Source: Verrucomicrobiota bacterium (GTDB taxonomy: Bacteria; Verrucomicrobiota; Verrucomicrobiia; Opitutales; Seribacteraceae). From it: a stretch of 64,000 nt of DNA. This document shows, piece after piece, positions 41,710 through 50,065 of this stretch (position 1 is the stretch's first letter; every line of letters begins with the position of its first letter). The stretch covers positions 18,178 through 82,177 of the forward strand of contig JAQBYT010000015.1 of assembly GCA_027622665.1 (NCBI GenBank), written 5' to 3'. Under the pieces are notes generated by a model. That model did no database searches and was not told the origin of the DNA. It saw only the letters and a program-made list of their open reading frames with translations. The translations under genes were made by a program, and so were the position numbers.

Positions 41710-43455
41710 ATGGCGAAGCAGATCGCCACCTTATCAATCGCAATCATATTGTTGATTGCGCCAAGTACCGCACAGGCGGTCGAGCCTTTCCGTACATTCA
41801 ATACGGTTCAAGGCCATTCGATGACTGCTAGATTCATTGGCTACAAAGGGAATCAAATATACATTGAAGGTCAGGACGGCCAACGTTTCGCACTTCCCTA
41901 CGAATCACTGCAGCCGGAAGACCAACGCTATTGCAGTGATGCGGTAAGCAAAAAACGTGTCCTGCAAGGCGTTCCTCCCGTCGCACCCGCTCAGCCCGAA
42001 GAACTTGTTCCCACTCCTCCTAGTAATCCTGAACCTAGTCCTACCCCTCCTGCCGAACCGGAATCCTCTCGGCTTAGGTCAGGATCATTTTTCAGCCACA
42101 AGATAGCTCCATTGGGAGTGGACCCCAGCAGCATGCCTGCCGGCGGCGGGATGCCCGCACCCGGTGAACCCATTGATTTTCAATCCCACATGCTACCGAT
42201 TATTCAAGATCGCTGCATCGATTGCCATGGAGCGCCATTCCTAAAGAACGGAAAAACCATCAATCCCAAAGCAGGTCTACGTCTCGACACCTACGAAATG
42301 GTGCTCAAGGGCACCCTCGACGGTCCGGTTGTCAAGCCGGGAAATGTCGGGGAAAGCGTCTTGATCGAACTAATAACTCTGGCTGAGGACGACTCCGATA
42401 TAATGCCCCCGAAAGGAGATAAACTCACACCCGAACAAATAGGCGTATTCACACGCTGGATTGAAGAAGGAAGTAAACCAAGTGCCAACGGAACCGCAAC
42501 CGCAACCGCAACCGCAACCGCAACCGCAGCAGGTGGATCCTTGCCTGCTCCAGGTCAACCCGTGGACTATGAAACGCACATTAAGCCGATATTCGCGAAA
42601 CGCTGCCTCGATTGCCACGGCGAACCCTATGTGAAAAGCGGGCGAACCATCAACCCAAAGGCCGGTCTACGTTTAGACACTTATGAGTTGATCATGAAGG
42701 GAACCCTCGACGGTCCCGTGGTGCTCTCCAAGAACATAGCGGAAAGCACTCTTTATATTCTGGTTAACCCCGAGGAAGCCGACGACACCGAAATCATGCC
42801 ACCTAAGGGCGACTCGCTCGCTGCCGAGCAAATAGACGCAATTAAACGCTGGATTCTGGAAGGAGCTCTCCCGAAAGCCGCCGCCACCGCAGTCGACCCC
42901 AACGCAGTTCAAGCACCTACAACTGCAACCGCCACAAATAGCTTTCACAAAGCCACACCACTTGACGAACTGGCTAAAGGAGCCCGCGCCGTGGGGAAAC
43001 CTCAAATCGCCGCCGCCGAAAAAACAGGGGCGTTCATTACGCCCTTGTCGCAAAAGCATTCGCTCCTTCGAGTCGAGTTTGCATCCAACGCCCCGAATGT
43101 CGACGATTCCGCTCTTCAAAGATTCAGCAATATTCGCAATAATATTTCGCATCTCGACCTCTCCCGCACGAAGGTCACGGATCGTGGAATGGGAGTTCTC
43201 CGGAGTTTCTACAACTTGACATGGCTTAGCCTGCGAATGACCTCTGTGGGAGACGACGCCCTCACTCCACTCAATAAATTACCTTCTCTTTGGTACATTA
43301 ACCTCGTTGGAACCGAAGTCACCGATAAGGGAATGCAAACCTTGGCTTCCATACCATCGCTCAAGGAAATATATCTCTGGAATTCGAAAGTTTCGGAAGA
43401 CGGCGCAGCTAAATTGCAAGCCGCCCTGCCGGACGCGAAGATAATATACAGGTAG
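41710..43455 (+). CDS. Secreted protein: SHD1-like + two planctomycete cytochrome c domains + LRR domain
   Basis: CIDCH...MPPKG and CLDCH...MPPKG with near-duplicated INPKAGLRLDTYE; C-terminal LRR (LDLSRTKVTD, INLVGTEVTD, IYLWNSKVS). Confidence 0.88.
   Translation: MAKQIATLSIAIILLIAPSTAQAVEPFRTFNTVQGHSMTARFIGYKGNQIYIEGQDGQRFALPYESLQPEDQRYCSDAVSKKRVLQGVPPVAPAQPEELVPTPPSNPEPSPTPPAEPESSRLRSGSFFSHKIAPLGVDPSSMPAGGGMPAPGEPIDFQSHMLPIIQDRCIDCHGAPFLKNGKTINPKAGLRLDTYEMVLKGTLDGPVVKPGNVGESVLIELITLAEDDSDIMPPKGDKLTPEQIGVFTRWIEEGSKPSANGTATATATATATAAGGSLPAPGQPVDYETHIKPIFAKRCLDCHGEPYVKSGRTINPKAGLRLDTYELIMKGTLDGPVVLSKNIAESTLYILVNPEEADDTEIMPPKGDSLAAEQIDAIKRWILEGALPKAAATAVDPNAVQAPTTATATNSFHKATPLDELAKGARAVGKPQIAAAEKTGAFITPLSQKHSLLRVEFASNAPNVDDSALQRFSNIRNNISHLDLSRTKVTDRGMGVLRSFYNLTWLSLRMTSVGDDALTPLNKLPSLWYINLVGTEVTDKGMQTLASIPSLKEIYLWNSKVSEDGAAKLQAALPDAKIIYR
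42493..42528 (+). repeat. In-frame hexanucleotide tandem repeat (ACCGCA)x6 encoding a (Thr-Ala)6 linker
   Basis: Six perfect ACCGCA copies between the two cytochrome domains. Confidence 0.95.
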
Positions 43456-43562
43456 TGCCGGCAGAGCACCGCTTGCGATGCGGGTTTCACCGGTAAGTAG
43501 AAATTTCATTAACAGCGGGATTATCTCTTATCCCGCCGTCAGATCACCCCATAGGCAATCGA

Positions 43563-43659
43563 GTCAAAAGTTGTTATTCCCCATGGAACTTTTGGCTGAT
43601 TAATTGGAAATTCAGTTTGCATAAATCCAATTCAACTTTATAGTATAAAAAACTATAAA
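43563..43659 (+). promoter_or_regulatory. Promoter with three inverted repeats upstream of the RHH-PAS gene
   Basis: CAAAAGTT/AACTTTTG (43565-43594); AATTGGA/TCCAATT (43602-43632) flanking TTGCAT (-35, 43617); perfect TTTATAGT-N7-ACTATAAA (43637-43659) over the -10 element. Confidence 0.5.
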
Positions 43660-43660
43660 T

Positions 43661-44230
43661 ATGCCAAGAAAAGACAACTTGACGGCACAGGTTTCGGTAC
43701 TCCTAAACGAAACCGAAAGAAAGATTCTTTCTCAGCAATCCTTCGACGAAAACAGGTCTATCTCTCAAATCGCTCGGCTCGCCATCCAGAAGCACTTAGA
43801 TGGACATGAACACCTCATCAAACCCGGCATCAATGGCTCGATCGAGGAAATCTTCACGACTCTAGGTCGGCAATTATCCAAGTCCATGGACATCCTTGGA
43901 AATCTTCGACTTATGCTGTTCGAGTCGACAATCAAAGGAGGCCATTACTTGGGAAGTTACGTTTCCGACAACGCAATCGAAATAACGGGATACAACAAAG
44001 AAGACCTGTTAGACAGTGATTTCTTCAAATCACGAATTCACCCGCAAGACCGTAAACGTTTCATTACGGAGAGCAAACTTGGTATTCAACGAGGTACTTG
44101 CGAAGTAAACTTTAGATTCAAGATGCAAAACGGCACCCACGAAATGACGCGTATCTACTTTTCCTTAAAAGATGGAAATCACATCTTCGGAACTTGGCAG
44201 ATCATTTCCGAACTCATTTCGCCAGAGTAG
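43661..44230 (+). CDS. Putative regulator: N-terminal ribbon-helix-helix (CopG-like) + C-terminal PAS_3 domain
   Basis: AQVSVLLNETERKILSQQSFDENRSISQIARLAIQKHL fits the RHH pattern. YVSDNAIEITGY...RIHPQDR...NFRFKMQNG fits PAS/PAC. Confidence 0.7.
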   Translation: MPRKDNLTAQVSVLLNETERKILSQQSFDENRSISQIARLAIQKHLDGHEHLIKPGINGSIEEIFTTLGRQLSKSMDILGNLRLMLFESTIKGGHYLGSYVSDNAIEITGYNKEDLLDSDFFKSRIHPQDRKRFITESKLGIQRGTCEVNFRFKMQNGTHEMTRIYFSLKDGNHIFGTWQIISELISPE

Positions 44231-44316
44231 CATCAGTTCTCAAGTTTAATTTCGAAAAGTCCACTCAGCGGGCTTTGCAGTTTGTAGGCATTACAGAAAC
44301 ACGCTAGGATACGGAA

Positions 44317-44463
44317 ATGTCGGATCGTGAAGAAAAAACCTATCTCGCCAAAGCGGAAAGTCGACGTCATCTTATTCTTGTGACGCTAACCAAAGACCAA
44401 GCCACCCATCAAGCCATCGACGCCGCTGGCGTTGTCTTTGACCGCGCCGTCTCGAAGCCATGA
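44317..44463 (+). CDS. Small hypothetical ORF (48 aa) overlapping the sufS start
   Basis: MSDREEKTYLAK...FDRAVSKP; ATGA overlap with sufS. Confidence 0.25.
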   Translation: MSDREEKTYLAKAESRRHLILVTLTKDQATHQAIDAAGVVFDRAVSKP

Positions 44464-45686
44464 CTACCTCTTTCGATCCTGAGACTGTCCGCCGAGACTT
44501 CCCCATCCTCGGAAAAAGTTTCCGGGGAAAACCCCTTGCCTACCTCGACAACGCGGCTACCTCCCAAAAGCCCAACGGCGTAATCGATGCCATCGCCAAC
44601 CACTATCGGAAATCCAACGCCAACGTGCATCGTGGTGTCTACGCTCTCGCGGAGGAAGCGGAAACCGCCTACGTGCATGCCCGTAAGGTCATCGCCGATC
44701 ATCTCAATGTGGAGGCCGATGAAATCATTTTCGTTCGCGGAACCACGGAAGCACTCAACCTAGTCGCCCAAAGTCACGCACGCACTCACCTTGGTGAAGG
44801 GGACGTCGTCGTGCTCACTACCATGGAGCACCACGCCAACATCGTGCCTTGGCAACTGGTGAAGAAACAAACGGGGATCGAGATCGAAGTCGTCCCCATC
44901 CTTGAGGATGGATCTCTCGACCGCGACGCCCTTAGCTCCCTGCTCGACCAGCCAAAAGTCAAGCTTCTCTCGCTCTGCCACGTTTCCAACTCGCTCGGCA
45001 CAGTCAACCCCGTATCTGCAATCGTAGCGGAAGCCAAGGAAAGTGGCGTCGTCACCGTGATCGACGGCGCCCAAAGCATTCCTCATGGGCCAATCGACCT
45101 CCGCGACATCGATTGCGACTTTTTCGCCTTTTCGGGGCACAAGGTATTCGGACCGATGGGCATCGGAGTCCTTTACGGCAAGAGAGAACTGCTCGCCGAC
45201 ATGCCGCCCTATCAAGGCGGAGGCGACATGATCGACGAAGTGACCTTCGAGGAAACCACTTTCGCTCCCCCACCCCAACGCTTCGAGGCGGGCACGCCCA
45301 ACGTCGAGGGCGCCATCGGTCTCGGTGCCGCCATCGAATACCTCGGCACCCTCGATCTGGTCGCGGCAGCGGCCCACGAAAATGCCCTGCTCGAGCATGC
45401 CACAACCGGAATGGAAGCCCTTCCCGGCCTCACCATTCATGGACATGCGCCCGGCAAGGCCGCCGTCATTTCCTTCACTGTCGACGGCATCCACCCGCAC
45501 GACATAGCCACCTTTCTGGATGCCGAGGGCATCGCCATCCGAACGGGTCACCATTGCTGCCAACCTCTCATGAAGCACCTCGGTCTCACCGCCACCGCCC
45601 GGGCATCCTTTGCCTTCTACAACACGACGGAGGAAGTGGATCGACTGGTCGAGGCCCTGCAAAAGACAATCGCTTGCTTTCAATAA
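44460..45686 (+). CDS. sufS: SufS-type cysteine desulfurase
   Basis: YLDNAATSQKP, NVHRG, EHHANIVPW, FSGHK (PLP Lys), RTGHHC. Confidence 0.93.
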   Translation: MTTSFDPETVRRDFPILGKSFRGKPLAYLDNAATSQKPNGVIDAIANHYRKSNANVHRGVYALAEEAETAYVHARKVIADHLNVEADEIIFVRGTTEALNLVAQSHARTHLGEGDVVVLTTMEHHANIVPWQLVKKQTGIEIEVVPILEDGSLDRDALSSLLDQPKVKLLSLCHVSNSLGTVNPVSAIVAEAKESGVVTVIDGAQSIPHGPIDLRDIDCDFFAFSGHKVFGPMGIGVLYGKRELLADMPPYQGGGDMIDEVTFEETTFAPPPQRFEAGTPNVEGAIGLGAAIEYLGTLDLVAAAAHENALLEHATTGMEALPGLTIHGHAPGKAAVISFTVDGIHPHDIATFLDAEGIAIRTGHHCCQPLMKHLGLTATARASFAFYNTTEEVDRLVEALQKTIACFQ

Positions 45687-45783
45687 TTCGGGTTTCAAAC
45701 CTGAAGAAACTTCCAAACCATCTTCCGAAGCTTTACTCTTTCTAGGTTTACAACCATCAACGAATCTTAACTCGATCTTAACC

Positions 45784-46359
45784 ATGTTCAAGCAACTCCT
45801 CTCCATTCTTCCATTTGTAACGATCCTTCCCCTTGCTCTCCTCGCCAAGGACGAGGAAGCCAAACCCGCCGGCCCGTTCGCTCAACAGACCATCGACCTC
45901 GGAGTGGTTGTCTCTGATCTCGAGAAATCTATCGCCTTCTACAAGGACGTGGTCGGTTTCAAGGAGGTGGAAGGCTTCAAGGTCGCGGGAGACTTCTCCA
46001 AGAAGGTCGGCCTCACCGATGGCGCCGCTCTCGATATTCACGTTCTCGTCCTCGGTGAAGATGAGACCGCAACTAAACTGAAGGTCATGCAGGTAAAGAG
46101 TGAAAAGCCCGCCCCCGTTATTAAGCAACGCCATATCCATACCACCGCAGGGTTTTCCTACGTCAGCATTTTCGTGACCGACGTCGACGCCGTTCTCGAG
46201 CGGGCCAAGAAGGCGGGCATCAAGCCCTACGCCCAAAGCCCGCAGCGACTCCCCGAGGGTCTCCCGCAGGACGTCTGCCTACTCATGCTGAAGGATCCCG
46301 ACGGCAACTTCGTGGAGATCATCGGCCCCCTCACCAAGAAGCTGCAACAGGTCAAGTGA
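45784..46359 (+). CDS. Secreted VOC (glyoxalase/bleomycin resistance) family protein
   Basis: Signal peptide MFKQLLSILP...; LGVVVSDLEKSIAFYKDVVG; KDPDGNFVEI. Confidence 0.85.
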   Translation: MFKQLLSILPFVTILPLALLAKDEEAKPAGPFAQQTIDLGVVVSDLEKSIAFYKDVVGFKEVEGFKVAGDFSKKVGLTDGAALDIHVLVLGEDETATKLKVMQVKSEKPAPVIKQRHIHTTAGFSYVSIFVTDVDAVLERAKKAGIKPYAQSPQRLPEGLPQDVCLLMLKDPDGNFVEIIGPLTKKLQQVK

Positions 46360-47159
46360 CCTTGTTTCGCAGTCCACGCCCGGCGCTTTTCTTGACCGTC
46401 CTCGCAGGCGCTGCTAACCTTGCCTGCAAGGAACCTAAACCGCGAAACGAGATTCGCGTCGACTTCGACGCCCATCCATCGGGTGCCTACGAGATGCGGG
46501 TCTTCCGCAAGGACTGGGGCAACGCCTTCCTCGGTCGGTTCCACAAACGAGCCGCCATCGAGGTCGAACCCAAGGGCAAGAGCCTCCGCGTAACTTACCC
46601 GCAAGGTTCCCTCGGTCCCAACGAGGGAGGCGGTCAATTCCGCGAACGCTTAGCCCCCCGCAAAGCCTATCGCCTCACCTACCGCGTACTCTTCGAGAAA
46701 GGCTTCGACTTTCGCAAGGGCGGCAAGCTACCCGGCCTCGGCGGAGGCAAAGCCAACACCGGCGGCGACAAACCCGTCGGCGACGGTTGGTCGGCCCGTT
46801 ACATGTGGGGCGAAAGCGGCAACCTAACGCTCTACCTCTACCACCTCGACCAAAAGACCGACTACGGCGACCGCATCGAACTAAAAGCCGAGGCAGTGCC
46901 CAGCCATTGGCTCCAGCTCGAACAAGAGGTAACAGTCAACGCTCCCGGCAAAGAGAACGGAAGCATCCGCGTCCGGATAGACGGCAAACTCGCCCTCGAT
47001 CAGCAAGGATTGAGCCTCCGCGGAAAGGTGAAAACCGACGTCGCCCTTGTCGACCAATTCCTCTTCTCTACCTTCCACGGTGGCGGAAGCAGAGACTGGG
47101 CACCAAAACGCGATTCTCACGCCCGCTTTGACGACTTCGTCATAAGCACGATTCCGTAG
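46356..47159 (+). CDS. Polysaccharide lyase-like (PL14-type) lipoprotein
   Basis: Lipobox-like NLAC; FDFRKGGKLPGL, GWSARYMW, FSTFHGG; GTGA overlap with the VOC gene. Confidence 0.75.
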   Translation: MTLFRSPRPALFLTVLAGAANLACKEPKPRNEIRVDFDAHPSGAYEMRVFRKDWGNAFLGRFHKRAAIEVEPKGKSLRVTYPQGSLGPNEGGGQFRERLAPRKAYRLTYRVLFEKGFDFRKGGKLPGLGGGKANTGGDKPVGDGWSARYMWGESGNLTLYLYHLDQKTDYGDRIELKAEAVPSHWLQLEQEVTVNAPGKENGSIRVRIDGKLALDQQGLSLRGKVKTDVALVDQFLFSTFHGGGSRDWAPKRDSHARFDDFVISTIP

Positions 47160-47446
47160 TATCCTTCGGAAACGCCTTCGGAGGTTCGATGACAGTTCTG
47201 GAAAGGGTCAAAACCCGTCTTACTCTATCTTCCGGCGTGACAAATGTATCCGCGGGCATGAATCATACCCTAATCCTTATGGAGCAATCTTCCGCACCAT
47301 TCCAGTGAAAGCTGGCACCAGAGTAGCCGTGCCCTCAGCAAATATGTGAATGTAGGGAGTCTGTCGCCCCCTACCCTTTATGATGACGACGATATCTGTC
47401 CCTCTATTGTCTTTTCGAGGCATTTGTTTTTTATTTGCCTAGTGCC

Positions 47447-48583
47447 TTAGACTTTTTCGTATCGCTCGATCCAGTTTTGTGACCATTGTTCGAAGTCTCC
47501 CGTAATAATGTGTAGGCGAGCTTGCTCTAGGAGAGAGACGAAGAAGCGAAGGTTGTGAAGCGTGAGCAGGACTCCTCCTAGGCTTTCCCCTACCGTCACT
47601 AGATGTCGCAAGTAGGCTCTTGAGAATTCTCGTGAGGCGAAGCAATCAGTTTCATCGTCCAAGGGGGAATCGTCTTCGCGAAAGCGTTCATTGCGAAGGT
47701 TCAGGCGACCATCGGCGGTGAATGCCGTTGCGTGGCGGGCCGCTCGTGTCGGCATGACGCAATCGAACATGTCCGCCCCGAGGGCAACCATCTTCAGTAA
47801 CTGCGGAGGCGTGCCGACCCCCATGACGTAGCGGGGCTTGTCTCTTGGAAGCAAAGGTGCGCACCACGCCACTTGTTCGAGCATTTCCTCCTCGGTTTCT
47901 CCGACGCTGACCCCGCCGATGGCGTATCCCGGAAAGTTGAGGTTAAGGAGTTCTTCGGTGGAACGACGGCGGAGTGTCTCGAATCGCCCTCCTTGGACTA
48001 TGCCGAAGAGATTTCGCCTCTCAGCCGGTCCTGCGGTTTCTTGCCAAGCATCGGAGCAATTCTTTGCCCAGAGACTCGTGCGCCTTACGGCTTCCTCGAC
48101 TTCTGCTTTACTCGCTTGGGCGGGAGGACACTCATCGAGACACATGGCTACGTCGGAGGCTAACGCATCTTGCATTTCAATGGATTCGCGTGGACCGAGA
48201 AAAAGCTTCGTTCCGTCGAGGTGCGACTTAAAGGCGACTCCCTCATCGGTTAATCTGCGAAGATTAGGGAGACTGAATACCTGAAAACCACCGCTGTCAG
48301 TAAGGATGGGACCATTCCAATTCATGAATTTCGATAGTCCCCCCCGTGCTCTCATGATTTCAGAACCCGGTCTGAGACGGAGATGATAAGTGTTTCCGAG
48401 AACGATGCGTGCCTTGACCACCTCGCTGATGTCACGAGGCATGACTCCTTTGACCGTTCCTTGCGTTCCCACAGGCATGAATGCTGGTGTTGGGACTTCT
48501 CCGCGGGGTAGTACCAGCAAACCCGCTCGGGCATCCGATTTGCCGTCTTTTTTCTCAATGGAAAAAGAGGTTGCGTGTGTCAT
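47447..48583 (-). CDS. tgt: tRNA-guanine transglycosylase
   Basis: TPAFMPVGT, GNTYHL, TDSGGFQ, DEC, GIVQGG, GGVSVGE, MFDCVMPTR, HNL. Confidence 0.97.
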   Translation of the reverse strand: MTHATSFSIEKKDGKSDARAGLLVLPRGEVPTPAFMPVGTQGTVKGVMPRDISEVVKARIVLGNTYHLRLRPGSEIMRARGGLSKFMNWNGPILTDSGGFQVFSLPNLRRLTDEGVAFKSHLDGTKLFLGPRESIEMQDALASDVAMCLDECPPAQASKAEVEEAVRRTSLWAKNCSDAWQETAGPAERRNLFGIVQGGRFETLRRRSTEELLNLNFPGYAIGGVSVGETEEEMLEQVAWCAPLLPRDKPRYVMGVGTPPQLLKMVALGADMFDCVMPTRAARHATAFTADGRLNLRNERFREDDSPLDDETDCFASREFSRAYLRHLVTVGESLGGVLLTLHNLRFFVSLLEQARLHIITGDFEQWSQNWIERYEKV

Positions 48584-48684
48584 TTTGATTAAGGCAAATC
48601 TTGTGTCGAGTAAGTTTTTCCTTCACTCGATCATACAGTTGCTTGTATTTGATAGACAATTAATCTTTATTGCGAATACGAAAG

Positions 48685-50010
48685 ATGACTCCGTTGCCAA
48701 AAATGAAACATGTTGCTGTTTGCCTCTTTGCATTAGTGTTGTGCTGCAGTTTTATTGCGTCTGCACAAGCTCAGGCAAGGGGCGTTGGAACAAAAACTAC
48801 TTTTCCCGTAAGCGATGCAGTCGTTAACAGCATCGCCAACGGTGTTATCGTAGTGGCGGCGCAACGTCTTAGTTTTAACCTTAATGATGCTGCAGCCCTT
48901 AAATTGCTTCAGGTCGGCGGGCGTTTGTCGGAGGATAACGATAAAGCCGTTTTTCTTAAAGGTCTTATGGATGCGGAGCAACCCATCCCTTCAGGAGTTC
49001 TCGGAGGAAGGGTAGACGAAGCTGCTCTAGCCAAGTATTTGCTCGACCTGGCGGGTTCGCAAACCCCCTCCTTCTTTCGGCTGCTTGCCTACAATCTCGC
49101 GGGACTACTCCAACCGGGAAACCGAACCGTGATGATTGAATTGCACAAGGCCAGGCAAATTGGAATCTCTTCAGATCTAGATAGTGTGCTCAAGCAATTG
49201 CACTTACCCTACCCGGTCCATTTGGTGAAGGCTCTAGTCCCTCCCGCCCTTCCGCTTACATCGGCCAAGCGCTTGGCCGAAGGCGCGGTAAAGTTGGCGG
49301 AAAGAGAGTTTAATGTGAATCGCCAAAGCCCCAAGGGTTTCGATATGCTCCAGTTCGCCAAAGCCATTCACCCAGCTAATGAAAATGCCCTCATGCTGGA
49401 AGCACTATTAACCAGTGGCCAACCGATCTCAGGTATCTTCACCGAGGTTACCGAGCAAGCCTTTTTCGGCTACTTGAACCAAGCAATCGAAACCGCGGAA
49501 AATGATGAGAACTTAACTTTGTTGCTGCACAGCGTGATTCTTTTTTACCAGCCGACTGCCTTTCAATCAGTGGTGGCAATACAACATGCCAAGAAAAAGA
49601 ATTTATCAACTGAATTTCGTACCATTCTTGGTCGATTCAATGCCGCTCGCACTTTTGCTTCCACAAAAAAAACAACAAGTCGGCCCGCAAATCCCGCAAA
49701 TTCGAAATCTCCCTCGCTTGATGATCGACACAGGCAGAGTAATTTAACACGTATGCTTGTTGACCGTAAATGGACTCTTGTGAATCGCTCCACCGATGAG
49801 CAATGGTTTTTTGAGTTTCGTATTGTTGGCCCAGTTTCGTATGCTCAAGGTCGCTGCACGGGCAAGCGAGGCACACGCACGCATAATTGGCGCCAGTGGG
49901 CGATTCGAGGCGGAGTCCTCATTATCGACAACTACGCTAAGTACGTCTACGAAGAATCCTCTAGGCAATGGAAGCAAGCCGACGGGAAGGATACTAGCTA
50001 TATTCGCTAG
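48685..50010 (+). CDS. Secreted hypothetical protein with two tandem ~120-aa helical repeats
   Basis: Signal peptide ending AQA; internal duplication visible in the translation. Confidence 0.7.
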   Translation: MTPLPKMKHVAVCLFALVLCCSFIASAQAQARGVGTKTTFPVSDAVVNSIANGVIVVAAQRLSFNLNDAAALKLLQVGGRLSEDNDKAVFLKGLMDAEQPIPSGVLGGRVDEAALAKYLLDLAGSQTPSFFRLLAYNLAGLLQPGNRTVMIELHKARQIGISSDLDSVLKQLHLPYPVHLVKALVPPALPLTSAKRLAEGAVKLAEREFNVNRQSPKGFDMLQFAKAIHPANENALMLEALLTSGQPISGIFTEVTEQAFFGYLNQAIETAENDENLTLLLHSVILFYQPTAFQSVVAIQHAKKKNLSTEFRTILGRFNAARTFASTKKTTSRPANPANSKSPSLDDRHRQSNLTRMLVDRKWTLVNRSTDEQWFFEFRIVGPVSYAQGRCTGKRGTRTHNWRQWAIRGGVLIIDNYAKYVYEESSRQWKQADGKDTSYIR

Positions 50011-50065
50011 CTGTTGACAAGCATCGTCAACCTTTGGATTTGAGTACCCGTATCAGGGATTTCCG

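Noticed and set aside
47277..47423. 48-codon minus-strand ORF starting MPRKDN, the same as the RHH-PAS protein
   Set aside because: The similarity stops after six residues and there is no RHH pattern; treated as coincidence.
47447..48583. Tgt as a DpdA DNA 7-deazaguanine modification enzyme
   Set aside because: Canonical tRNA-Tgt motifs and length; no dpd or que genes nearby.
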